Positions 35,179 to 44,545 of a stretch of DNA of 57,186 nucleotides are shown here, in pieces (within the stretch, counting starts at the first letter, position 1; the number at the start of each line of letters is the position of its first letter). Source of the stretch: Hadesarchaea archaeon. Its GTDB lineage: Archaea > Hadarchaeota > Hadarchaeia > Hadarchaeales > WYZ-LMO6. The notes beneath the pieces are model-generated. The model was not told the origin of the DNA. It was given only the letters and a program-made list of their open reading frames with translations, and did not search any database. The DNA is taken from NCBI GenBank assembly GCA_029259185.1, contig JAPDJF010000002.1, positions 1 through 57,186 on the forward strand, read 5' to 3'. The translations under genes and the position numbers were made by a program.

Positions 35179-37536
35179 TTGGACGTGAGGAGACTGGCGA
35201 TAGCGATTTACCTCTTCGCCTTGATGGTTCTCACCACCTCCATCCTCCTAGTACCCGGAAAGAACTGTGATACGTTGACGACCTCCGATAGTGGTTACTT
35301 CTTCGGGATAGCTCGGGAGATAGACGCGAGTGATGGAATGATCGAAGAATACTCTCTCTCTCACGCCCCCTACGGTCTAACGGTTGGGGCCTCGGATATC
35401 GGTCAGCCCCTCCTACTCGTGATGTTGTATCGTGGCCTCCACGCGGTGGATCCCGATGTGAAGCTGATGGACGTGTGCAGGTACTGGTCCCCCCTACTCT
35501 TCGCACTCACTTTGATTCCCATATTCTTGATAGGCAGGGAACTCGCAGGGGAGGTTGCGGGTTGTGCGGCAACCTTCTCCCTGGCGGTGATGATCGATAC
35601 GATCTACTGGTGCAAGCTCGGGGCTTTTGACAGAGAGGCACTTCAGTTGTTGCTCACGAGTTGGACGGTATTCCTCTCCATCAAGATGTTTAGATCGGGG
35701 TCAGCACGCTCGATCGTGGGGTGGGGGGTCTTGGTGGGCGCCGTGTTTGGGTTATTTGCCCTGAGCTGGGGCGGGTGGTGGTACCTCGTGCCCGTAATAG
35801 TCCCCCTCCCCCTGGTGGGCTTTGGTATAGGATTTCTGGAAAGATTGGTTCGCGGGACGAAGGTCGAGGAAGCGACACTCTCCTCTACCAGGGAGCAACT
35901 GTACCCAGCGCTCGGGGTCGTGGGGATGCTAGTTACATCCACGCTCGTTCTATCCATGCTTGGGGGGGTGAGCCCCCGCTTCTGGCAGGGGGTGGTTCAA
36001 GCGGTGTGGGGATTCATTCCGGGGGCAGGAAAGGCGATGCTAGGGACCCTCTTGGTTCTCGGCGGGATATCCTTCGGCTTCTGGTGCGTGAAGGCTCGGG
36101 CTAAAGTGCTGGGGATGGGGTGGTTCTCGCTCGCGGCGATTTCGGCCTTGGGGGTGGGGTGGCTCTCGCTCTTGGCGGGTGGAGGAGGGGGGCCGTCCTT
36201 CTCTCGCTACGCGACCGAAATGCAGCCGCTCACCTCTTTGAGGACGATCGTTTATGCTTTCTATTCCTCGAGGATCTGGTCGAAGTTCGTGTTCATTCTG
36301 GTAGGGGTGGGATTCGCCAGGATCGTTTGGTCCAGGAAGAGATGGGAGCTCTTGCCGTTGCTTTGGCTCCTCGTCCTGCTAGCTCTCGTGTGGCCGTGGG
36401 TGGGGCAAGCGCGATTCGTTAGACTGTGGTGGCCTTTCGTGGCGGTTATGGCTGGGGTCGGAGCGGGAACGATCGCATCGTTCCTCCTCCCCAGGATTCC
36501 GGCTTGGCGCGGGGGCGTGGATCGGCTCCAGAAACCCGTGGCTTTAGCGGTTTGTGGCGCCATTTTCACGTATCCCCTCATCTCCGATGCCTACACGCGC
36601 GCTGGAGGAACCGTGTCTCCCCCAGACTGGTCGATCCGCGGGTTGGACCGCGCGTTCATCGAGACTTTCAACTGGATCAAAGCGAACACACCCGAGAATG
36701 CGGTGATCGCGATCCAGTGGTCCTACGGACACCTCCTGACGGGAGTTTCGGAGCGGAGCACCGTGTGTGATGGTGCTGAGGTGAAGGCCAGGGAGGGGAG
36801 CTGGGAGAACGATCCATCGATCATCCATCCCCCCGACTACATATACGTGGTGGAGGGGAACAAGAATTTGATCTACGGGGTGGATATCCCCGCAGAGAGA
36901 TACAGGGTGAACGGCAGGAGGATAGACGTCCAGAGGTTTCCCACCATGGATGCCGAGGAACTCAAATGGATCCTCCACACCTACCGCGAGAATTATGGGT
37001 GCGAGATCGATTACTTGGTGATCGATGCCGCCCAGTACCAGGAGGCGTACACCGATTACGTATACAGGCGCCCCCTCAACATCCTGATGAGTGCGAGCCG
37101 GATAAGGGACTCCCCCAGATCCGTGCGAGCGGAGGATAACTCGTGGGTATTCGACTTCGGTGAAAACAGGGAAAATGTAGTGGTGGATTCTCAAAATCCT
37201 GGGGATGTTTACCTCCGAACCCCTTCGGAGAACCTTCACTTGGATGGGACGGGTTTCCTGACCGTGGAGAGTTCAGGGAGGATCAGGAGTGTTTACTTCT
37301 TCCCGCCAACGGGAGAGGTGGAAATTCCAGAGTCCCTGGTGATAATTTCATACCAAACGGGAAACGTCAATGCATGGCTCGTGAGGGGGGTGTCGGAAGC
37401 CATGCGTGAGATCGAACCTCCGGTGGGGGTATTGATCTTCCAAGGTAACTTGGCGGATGTTCCCTACCTCCGTTTGGTCTACACGAGTTCGAATGGTCTC
37501 GTGCGGGTCGTGAGAGTAGACCACGAGCGGGTGTGA
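35179..37536 (+). CDS. aglB: STT3/AglB-like oligosaccharyltransferase (GT-C fold membrane protein)
   Basis: 785 aa. About 13 TM helices followed by a ~300-aa soluble C-terminal domain. IQWSYGHLLTG sits where the WWDYG motif is expected. Adjacent to the glycan-assembly cluster. Confidence 0.65.
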   Translation: MDVRRLAIAIYLFALMVLTTSILLVPGKNCDTLTTSDSGYFFGIAREIDASDGMIEEYSLSHAPYGLTVGASDIGQPLLLVMLYRGLHAVDPDVKLMDVCRYWSPLLFALTLIPIFLIGRELAGEVAGCAATFSLAVMIDTIYWCKLGAFDREALQLLLTSWTVFLSIKMFRSGSARSIVGWGVLVGAVFGLFALSWGGWWYLVPVIVPLPLVGFGIGFLERLVRGTKVEEATLSSTREQLYPALGVVGMLVTSTLVLSMLGGVSPRFWQGVVQAVWGFIPGAGKAMLGTLLVLGGISFGFWCVKARAKVLGMGWFSLAAISALGVGWLSLLAGGGGGPSFSRYATEMQPLTSLRTIVYAFYSSRIWSKFVFILVGVGFARIVWSRKRWELLPLLWLLVLLALVWPWVGQARFVRLWWPFVAVMAGVGAGTIASFLLPRIPAWRGGVDRLQKPVALAVCGAIFTYPLISDAYTRAGGTVSPPDWSIRGLDRAFIETFNWIKANTPENAVIAIQWSYGHLLTGVSERSTVCDGAEVKAREGSWENDPSIIHPPDYIYVVEGNKNLIYGVDIPAERYRVNGRRIDVQRFPTMDAEELKWILHTYRENYGCEIDYLVIDAAQYQEAYTDYVYRRPLNILMSASRIRDSPRSVRAEDNSWVFDFGENRENVVVDSQNPGDVYLRTPSENLHLDGTGFLTVESSGRIRSVYFFPPTGEVEIPESLVIISYQTGNVNAWLVRGVSEAMREIEPPVGVLIFQGNLADVPYLRLVYTSSNGLVRVVRVDHERV

Positions 37537-38831
37537 CCATGAGACGGCCGAGAGGGACGAGGGACTTGATCGGTGAGGAGCTCGCGAGCATACGTTACGT
37601 TGAGCGATTGATGCGCGAGGTGTTCAAACGTTACGGTTATCTGGAGATCGAGACCCCTATATTCGAGAATTTGGAGCTTTTCACGAAGAAGAGTGGGGAG
37701 AGGGTGGTAAAACAACTCTACAGCTTCAGGGATAAATCGGGCAGGGATCTAGCCCTCCGTCCCGAACTCACAGCTCCCGCGGTTCGGGTGTACGTGGAGC
37801 GGTTCAGATCCGACCCTAAGCCTGTCAAGGTGTTTTACCTCGGCCCGTGCTTCAGGTACGAGGAACCCCAAGCCCACCGGTGGAGACAGTTCCTCCAGGC
37901 GGGGGTGGAGATCATGGGTAGCTCGAGGCCAGAAGCGGATGCGGAGGTGCTGGCGCTGACCGATTCCGTTTTCCAAACCCTAGGTTTGGACGATCGGGAG
38001 TTAAGGGTGGGAAATGTCCGCTTGCTTCGAGCCGTCCTGTCTGAGATGGGGGTGGTGGGTGAATCCCAAAACAAGATATTGCGCGCGGTGGATTCCAGAG
38101 ACTTTGGGAGGCTCGAAGAGGAGCTACGGGGGGTGGAGGGGGCTGAGACCCTGAAAAAACTCATAGGGGTGAGGGGGGGGCCCGAGAGCATTGGGAAGGC
38201 GAGGGAGATCGTCGGTGGGGTGGAGGGGGCTATGGAGGCGTTTGAGAACCTCGAGGAAATAGTAGAACTCGCGAGGTGCTCAGGAGTTTCCAACCTGCGG
38301 GTGGATTTCAGCATAGCTCGTGGCTTGGAGTACTACACCGATATGGTGTTCGAGGTGTACGTGAGGGGGATCCAACTGGCGGGGGGAGGGAGATACGACG
38401 AACTCGTGGAGTCCCTGGGTGGAGAACCGTGTCCCGCGGTGGGGGTCGGATTTGGGGTGGATCGGATAGCCCGGCTGGTGCTCGAGAGGGGGGGAACTCC
38501 GGAGGAAGGGGTTGAGTGCATCGTGCTCCCCGCCACGAGCGAGGGGGTGGAGGAGTGCGCGAGGCTGGCGAGGAAGATGAGGGATTCGGGATTGAGGGTG
38601 GAGATGGATCTCATGGGGAGGACGCTGAGGAAGGCTTTGGCGTATGCAGATTCGAGGGGGGTGAGGTACGTCGTGATAATCGGCCCCCGGGAGAGGGAAG
38701 AGGGAAAAGTTACTTTGAGGGACATGGACAGCGGGGAGCAGATCCGAATCCCTGAGACGGAGCTGATCGAAACGCTGAAGGAAAAGCTCAAAAACGGTAA
38801 CCCAAGCGCTCGAAAGTTTCCTTCATCCTGA
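37533..38831 (+). CDS. hisS: histidyl-tRNA synthetase
   Basis: RGTRDL near the N-terminus, class II motifs, and the HisRS signature GGGRYDELV. Confidence 0.95.
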   Translation: MTMRRPRGTRDLIGEELASIRYVERLMREVFKRYGYLEIETPIFENLELFTKKSGERVVKQLYSFRDKSGRDLALRPELTAPAVRVYVERFRSDPKPVKVFYLGPCFRYEEPQAHRWRQFLQAGVEIMGSSRPEADAEVLALTDSVFQTLGLDDRELRVGNVRLLRAVLSEMGVVGESQNKILRAVDSRDFGRLEEELRGVEGAETLKKLIGVRGGPESIGKAREIVGGVEGAMEAFENLEEIVELARCSGVSNLRVDFSIARGLEYYTDMVFEVYVRGIQLAGGGRYDELVESLGGEPCPAVGVGFGVDRIARLVLERGGTPEEGVECIVLPATSEGVEECARLARKMRDSGLRVEMDLMGRTLRKALAYADSRGVRYVVIIGPREREEGKVTLRDMDSGEQIRIPETELIETLKEKLKNGNPSARKFPSS

Positions 38832-39618
38832 GTGAGTCTTTCTCCAATATCGGGCTCTCACTGATGATGGTGATGTCGACCCTCCTCCTCATAATTTCTT
38901 TCGCGAGCGGGTCGAACGGAGGTTTTTCGGAGGAGAGCTCGAGGTGGTACCTCTCGTTTCCCCTTCCCTCTCCAACTTTCGAGAACTCCACGCACGTGAA
39001 GTGAGTATGGACGTGTTTGAGTCTGAGGGGCTTCAACTCCTCGAAGACCTTTCCGTAGTCTATTCTCCCTGCACTACGTGCGTAGAGGTGGGCCCAGTCG
39101 ATTACGGGCACGCATCCTTTAACCTTTTTGCAGACCTCGATTATCTCCCTCAGGGTTCCAAAAGAACCCTGCTTCCCCATCGTCTCCAACCCGAGCTTTA
39201 CCGTTCGGATTTCCCTCGACTCCATTCGCCCTATTAGGTCCTCACATGCTTTGATAACGGATTCGGTGGCTTCCTCGGAATTCAGTTTCCCATAGAATCC
39301 GGGGTGGAACGTCGCGACGTCAGCTCCCATGCGGCATGCTCTTTCCACCGAGTCAAGGATCCGCTTCTTCGATGCTTCGACCTTCTCTCTTTCAGGAGAG
39401 CAGAGGTTCACGAAGTACGGGCAGTGCACGGAGAGCTTTATGTCAAGCTCTCTAGCAACTCCCCCCACCTCTTCGGCTGCACGATTGCTCATCGTTACCC
39501 TCCGCACGAACTGTACCTCCATCGCGTTCAGGCCTATCTTGGCTAAGTAGCGCAGCCCCGCAATGGTGCTTCTTTCTTCACACCCCACAGGTATTCCGGC
39601 CGGTCCGAGGAAGATCAA
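38788..39618 (-). CDS. AP endonuclease family 2 / endonuclease IV-like TIM-barrel protein
   Basis: 276 aa. LGPAGIP start, HCPYFVNL, FHPGFY, IDWAHL. This pattern matches xylose-isomerase-like TIM-barrel endonuclease IV homologues. Confidence 0.7.
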   Translation of the reverse strand: MIFLGPAGIPVGCEERSTIAGLRYLAKIGLNAMEVQFVRRVTMSNRAAEEVGGVARELDIKLSVHCPYFVNLCSPEREKVEASKKRILDSVERACRMGADVATFHPGFYGKLNSEEATESVIKACEDLIGRMESREIRTVKLGLETMGKQGSFGTLREIIEVCKKVKGCVPVIDWAHLYARSAGRIDYGKVFEELKPLRLKHVHTHFTCVEFSKVGEGRGNERYHLELSSEKPPFDPLAKEIMRRRVDITIISESPILEKDSLRMKETFERLGYRF

Positions 39619-39633
39619 AGCTACCGTTATCGT

Positions 39634-40272
39634 ATGGAGGTGGAGAATTTAGCTTTTAATCCCGGGTGGGGAATTGAGTGGGTGGTTCAAGTGGTCCTCA
39701 GCAGGGCTCGAGAGAGAGCGCGGCCGTTCGTGGAGCGCTTAGCCCGGGAGTTTGCGGGGGCTGGGTTCACTCCTAATGCCCTTACCCTCCTGGGGCTGTT
39801 CACGGGCGTTGTGGCCTCCATCTTCTTCGCTTTTGGGGAAGAGCAACTCGCGGGGATCTTCTTGTTAGCATGCGGATTTTTCGATCTAATGGATGGAGCG
39901 GTGGCAAGGGTGAGGGGGATGGTGACAGGATTCGGGGGGGTGCTCGATTCGGTTATGGACCGATACGTGGATTTTTTCGTGATGTTTGGGATAATATACG
40001 GCGGGCTGGCTGAGGCTTTCGGCTTGTCGAGCCTAATCTGGGGAGGAGCGGCGCTCGTGGGGAGTTTTATGGTGAGCTACGTTAGGGCCAGAGGGGAGGC
40101 GGCGGGAGTTCCGAGATTGGATGTTGGGATAGCGGAGCGCGGGGAGCGCATACTGCTCTTGAGCTTTGGCGCGTTGGTTGGGTGGACGAATTACGCGGTC
40201 GTGCTGGTGGCCGTCCTCACCCACCTCACGGTGATCCAGCGGGTGGTCGTGGTCTTTCGAGCCATTTCCTAG
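39634..40272 (+). CDS. CDP-alcohol phosphatidyltransferase (candidate archaetidylinositol-phosphate synthase)
   Basis: Motif D-x2-D-G-x2-A-R...G-x3-D-x3-D in DLMDGAVARVRGMVTGFGGVLDSVMDRYVD. Multi-TM. Neighbour of the inositol-1-phosphate synthase gene. Confidence 0.85.
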   Translation: MEVENLAFNPGWGIEWVVQVVLSRARERARPFVERLAREFAGAGFTPNALTLLGLFTGVVASIFFAFGEEQLAGIFLLACGFFDLMDGAVARVRGMVTGFGGVLDSVMDRYVDFFVMFGIIYGGLAEAFGLSSLIWGGAALVGSFMVSYVRARGEAAGVPRLDVGIAERGERILLLSFGALVGWTNYAVVLVAVLTHLTVIQRVVVVFRAIS

Positions 40273-40580
40273 GCAGATAACTTGCTCGCCAGCTCTCTGA
40301 AGTAATCCCCCACTTGTTTGAATAGCTCGGTTCCTTTTTCAGTAATTTTGTAATACTTGCGAGCCGGTTTTCCCCTCTGTTCTTTCCACTCCGAACTCGT
40401 GTATCCTTGTCTTTCCAGTTTGTTCAGCACTAGGTAGCATGAGACCATGGGAGGTTTGAACCCGAACTTCTTGGAGATGGCATGTCTGAGTTCGTAGGCA
40501 TACATAGGTCTCTCCTTTAACAGGTTCAGGATGTATGGCCAGAGCATCTCAACGGTGGTTTTGCGTTTCAGTCTCTTCAT
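40269..40580 (-). CDS. PadR-family winged-helix transcriptional regulator
   Basis: 103 aa. YAYELRHAISKKFGFKPPMVSCYLVLNKLERQGYTSSEW. Confidence 0.85.
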   Translation of the reverse strand: MKRLKRKTTVEMLWPYILNLLKERPMYAYELRHAISKKFGFKPPMVSCYLVLNKLERQGYTSSEWKEQRGKPARKYYKITEKGTELFKQVGDYFRELASKLSA

Positions 40581-41077
40581 TTTCTAGAAGCCCCCTCTCC
40601 AATATTCGAGGGGAAGTTAATAAACATTTGAGTGGATAGAGTATTTCAAAAAGTAAAATACTCCTTCGGCCGGAAGGGCCTCGCCTCGAAGGAGAACGGG
40701 AGGTGAGTAGCATTCGCGCTCAAGGTGCTCGACTACGAGGCGTTCAAAACCCTGCGCTCGTCTTCGGATGAGATCCCGCGTGGTGTCGCGTCAAATGAGG
40801 GCGATGGAAGTCCGAGGCGCTGGCTAAGCGCGGGAAGCGGGCTTACCGCCCTGCATCAGGCCGAAAGCTTGGTGCACGATGAAGTCCTCGTGGACGGAGG
40901 CTACCCGGAGATTCCTGGTATCCGGGGGCTTCGCTTTTTGCGGAGCTTGAAAACCAACCTACCATGTCTTCATGTGAAGATATGTTAGGTTTCGGTGACC
41001 AGGGGAGCGAAAGGCATATATCCAGCTCTAGTAAAGTGAAGGGGTAGACGTCGGTTCCCCAATCCGGAGTTAAGCCC

Positions 41078-42163
41078 TTGGGTGAATTTATGGGAAAAAT
41101 TCGCGTAGCAATAGCAGGAGTTGGAAACTGCGCATCGTCGCTAGTGCAGGGCGTTGAGTATTACAAGAACGCGAGGGACGATGAGTTCGTTCCAGGTTTG
41201 ATGCACGTGAGGTTTGGGGATTACCACATAAGGGACATCAAGTTCGTTGCCGCTTTCGATGTCAATGCGAATAAGGTGGGGAGGGATCTCTCCGAGGCCA
41301 TATTCGCTCCACCGAACTGCGCGATCAGGTTCACCGACGTTCCGAAACTCGGGGTCGAGGTAATGGAAGCTCCCGTGTTGGATGGTTTGGGTAAGTACCT
41401 CAAACCCACCATCCCCTGCAACGCGAAGCAGGATCCTGTGGAGGTCTCAGAGGTGCTGAGGGAAGCCAAAGCGGATATCCTGATCAGCTATCTCCCCGTG
41501 GGTAGCTATGAGGCCTCCAGGTACTATGCAGAGGAGTGTATCAAGGCCGGTTGTGGGTTCGTGAACTGCATCCCCGAGTTCATAGTATCCGACAAGCAGT
41601 GGGGCAGGCGGTTTCAGGACGCGGGGCTCCCATGCGCCGGTGATGACATAAAATCGCAGGTGGGGGCAACGATTCTCCACCGAACCCTCGTGAAGTTGTT
41701 GATAGACCGCGGGGTTAGGGTGGAGGAGAGCTATCAGCTCAACATAGGTGGGAACACGGATTTCCTCAACATGCTTGAGGAGGACAGGCTGAGCTCGAAA
41801 AGAGTAAGCAAAACCGAGGCGGTCTCAAGTCAGATCCCGTATGAGATCCCGCTGAGGATCGGACCGAGCGACTATGTTCCGTTCCTCAAGGACAACAAAG
41901 TGTGCTATATCTTCGTTCGGGGGAGGAAGTTCGGCGATATACCCCTCACCATCGATGTCAAGCTTTCGGTGGAAGACTCTCCGAACAGTGCGGGGGTGGT
42001 GATAGACGCTATCAGGGCGGTCAAGATCGCGATGGATAGGGGGATATCTGGCCCCCTAATTGGGGTCTCCGCGTACTTCTTCAAACATCCTCCCGTTCAG
42101 ATGCCTGATGAGGTGGCAAAACAGGCTGTGGAGGAATTCATAGCGGGGAAAAGGGCGAGATGA
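41078..42163 (+). CDS. myo-inositol-1-phosphate synthase (short archaeal/bacterial type)
   Basis: [19 protein letters not shown] Rossmann start, [19 protein letters not shown]. Confidence 0.9.
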   Translation: MGEFMGKIRVAIAGVGNCASSLVQGVEYYKNARDDEFVPGLMHVRFGDYHIRDIKFVAAFDVNANKVGRDLSEAIFAPPNCAIRFTDVPKLGVEVMEAPVLDGLGKYLKPTIPCNAKQDPVEVSEVLREAKADILISYLPVGSYEASRYYAEECIKAGCGFVNCIPEFIVSDKQWGRRFQDAGLPCAGDDIKSQVGATILHRTLVKLLIDRGVRVEESYQLNIGGNTDFLNMLEEDRLSSKRVSKTEAVSSQIPYEIPLRIGPSDYVPFLKDNKVCYIFVRGRKFGDIPLTIDVKLSVEDSPNSAGVVIDAIRAVKIAMDRGISGPLIGVSAYFFKHPPVQMPDEVAKQAVEEFIAGKRAR

Positions 42164-42164
42164 G

Positions 42165-43055
42165 ATGAGGGTCCCCGAGTTAGACCTCGTGATCGCGGGG
42201 CACATCGCCATAGACGTGAACGTGTTTCCTTGGGGCGTGATCGAAAATGTTCTAGGCGGTGCTCCCACTTATGCGGGGTTCGCACTCAGAGCTCTGAATA
42301 AGAACGTTGGGATAATCGCGAAGATCGGGAGGGACTTGCCCGAGCGGTTCCCGCCGATCTACAAAGCCTTCGGGCTGGACACGGAGGGGATCACGGTGGT
42401 GGGAGAACATACCACGGTTTTTGAGAACGTTTACGACCGGTTCGGGAACCGGAAACAGACTTGCAAGCATCGCGCCCCCTCGCTCACTCCCGAAGATATC
42501 CCCGAGAGCTATCGCGACGTCAAGGGTTTCTACGTGTCACCGGTGGTGGGGGAGGTGACTCCCGACTTCTTGAAAGCCTTGAAACGCTCCGATAATGTGG
42601 TGATGTTCGATCCCCAAGGGGTGATGAGGAGGGTGGGGAGGGACGGAAAAATAAAGGTGGAGGTTCCGGAGAATCTCGGTGAGTTCATCAGGCATGTGGA
42701 CATAGTGAAGCTGGGGAGGGATGAAATGATGGCGTTTGGGAAGACCCCGAAGGAGTTGTTGGGTGAGTTGAGGAGGATGGGGTCCAGGGTAGCCATAGTG
42801 ACTCTGGGAGAGAAGGGTGCGGTAGTGGCTTACGATAGCAAAACTCTGAGTGTTAGGGGGCTGAGGGTGGAAGCCCAAGATGTCACCGGGGCGGGTGATG
42901 TTTTCGGTGGAGCTTTTCTAGCGAGGTATCTCGAAACGAAGAGCTTGGAGGATTCGATCAGATTCGCGAACATCTCAGCTGGATTGAAAGTGAGGTACAA
43001 GGGTCCAACGGGCTTTCCCACCGAGCAGGAGATCCTCCGTTCCCTCGGTCAGTAG
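42165..43055 (+). CDS. PfkB/ribokinase-family carbohydrate kinase
   Basis: 296 aa. C-terminal PfkB signature DVTGAGDVFGGAFL. Confidence 0.85.
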   Translation: MRVPELDLVIAGHIAIDVNVFPWGVIENVLGGAPTYAGFALRALNKNVGIIAKIGRDLPERFPPIYKAFGLDTEGITVVGEHTTVFENVYDRFGNRKQTCKHRAPSLTPEDIPESYRDVKGFYVSPVVGEVTPDFLKALKRSDNVVMFDPQGVMRRVGRDGKIKVEVPENLGEFIRHVDIVKLGRDEMMAFGKTPKELLGELRRMGSRVAIVTLGEKGAVVAYDSKTLSVRGLRVEAQDVTGAGDVFGGAFLARYLETKSLEDSIRFANISAGLKVRYKGPTGFPTEQEILRSLGQ

Positions 43056-44458
43056 CTTCTTGCCATCAGAACGGTTCTTTCAGCCGCTCTTCCACATACC
43101 GCGCACCTGCCTGATGGCTTGCTGTCTAGCTCCTCCCCGAGGATCTTGAATCCAGTCCGTTCCTCCGCTTCCCTTGCACACCCTCCCCCGCATAAGCTCA
43201 TTTTTGCTATCCCACCGGTGATTTTCTCGAAGTCATCCAGCTTTCCGACTTTTCGAACGCGTTCGTTAAGTTTGTCCCAAGCACGTTTCTTCATTTCCAC
43301 CTCCATCTCCACAAGCAGCGTTTTGATCTTGTCGAGGAGTTCTTCGATCGGGATCTCGATCCTCTTCCTCGTGTCCCTCCTGACCGCGGTGACTTTTCTC
43401 CATCGAGCCTCTTTTGGTCCGACTTCTATCCGAATGGGTACCCCCCTCCTCTCCCAGTAATAAAACTTGTTTCCTGGACGGAGGTTCCTGAGATCCAGGT
43501 GGGCCCTTATCCCCCCCCTTTCCAGCTCTTGCAGGAGCGCATGGGAGAGCTCAGTGGGTTCTCTCTCGTCTTTGAAGACGATCGGCACGATCACAACTTG
43601 AATCGGCGCGACCTTCGGTGGGAGGCACGGACCGAGTTCGTCCCCGTGAACCACTATGGCGGCGGCGATCACACGTTCCGATATCCCGTAGCATGTCTGA
43701 TACACGTGGTCGTGGCCCCCGTCGGGTTTCTGGAACTCGATCCCAAAGACCTTTGAAAAGTTCTGTCCGAGGTTATGCACGGTTCCGATCTGGAGCGTCT
43801 TCCCATCGGGTAAAAGCGTGTCGAAGGCTATCGAGTACTCCGCTCCAGCGAACGTATCCCACTCAGGACGTTTGGTTATCACATACGGGATCCCGAGTTC
43901 ATCGAAGAACTTTCGATAGATCTCCACGGCCTCGCGTACCTGAGCTTCGGCTTCCTCCCTGGTGGAGTGGGCAGTGTGGGCCTCCTTGAAGGTCGTGACC
44001 TCCCTCACCCTTATCATGGGTTTCGTCATCTTCGTTTCGTGCCTGAACACGCTGACCACCTGAAACACTTTGATGGGTAGGTCGGCGTGGGACCTGACCC
44101 AGAGGGCGAACATCGGGTACATCGACGTTTCGCTGGTGGGTCTGAGCACGAGTTTCACATCGAGCTCCTCACCGCCGCCCCGGGTAACCCAGTACACCTC
44201 GTTTTCGAAACCCCTGATGTGTTCCGCCTCCCTGTTAAACGCGTCTTCCGGGATAAGGAGGGGGAAAAGTACCTCGTGATGACCCCTCTCCTCGAGCAGC
44301 CGCCGGATTATCGAGATCACCAGATTCCTTAGCTTCATCCCGTAAGGGAGCCAAACACATAGCCCTTTCACGGGATACCTGGGGTCCATTATCTCGGCTT
44401 CCCGTATCACCCTGCTGAACCATTCACCGAAGCTGTCCTCCATGCGTGCCTGCTCCAC
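43049..44458 (-). CDS. proS: prolyl-tRNA synthetase (archaeal/eukaryotic type)
   Basis: 469 aa. Class II core with FRHE, and a C-terminal Cys-rich extension (CGGGC...CAVCG) typical of archaeal-type ProRS. Confidence 0.95.
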   Translation of the reverse strand: MEQARMEDSFGEWFSRVIREAEIMDPRYPVKGLCVWLPYGMKLRNLVISIIRRLLEERGHHEVLFPLLIPEDAFNREAEHIRGFENEVYWVTRGGGEELDVKLVLRPTSETSMYPMFALWVRSHADLPIKVFQVVSVFRHETKMTKPMIRVREVTTFKEAHTAHSTREEAEAQVREAVEIYRKFFDELGIPYVITKRPEWDTFAGAEYSIAFDTLLPDGKTLQIGTVHNLGQNFSKVFGIEFQKPDGGHDHVYQTCYGISERVIAAAIVVHGDELGPCLPPKVAPIQVVIVPIVFKDEREPTELSHALLQELERGGIRAHLDLRNLRPGNKFYYWERRGVPIRIEVGPKEARWRKVTAVRRDTRKRIEIPIEELLDKIKTLLVEMEVEMKKRAWDKLNERVRKVGKLDDFEKITGGIAKMSLCGGGCAREAEERTGFKILGEELDSKPSGRCAVCGRAAERTVLMARSY

Positions 44459-44545
44459 GGGATCCCTCCGGTTCCAAGCTCTATCCTCCCTTCTAGGCTT
44501 TTATCTTTCTCTCAGAACTCGAAACCCGATTTTCCGGGGAGTTGT

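Noticed and set aside
38788-38831. 44-bp convergent overlap of the hisS and endonuclease IV-like 3' ends.
   Set aside because: It is probably just a slightly extended, non-conserved HisRS C-terminal tail (…NGNPSARKFPSS). Nothing in the sequence suggests a functional antisense arrangement.
40790-40900. RNase P RNA, on the basis of ggaagtccgaggc.
   Set aside because: The motif lacks one A relative to CR-I. No ACAGAA..CCCGGCUUA-type partner or GGUAAGAGC region could be found on either strand.
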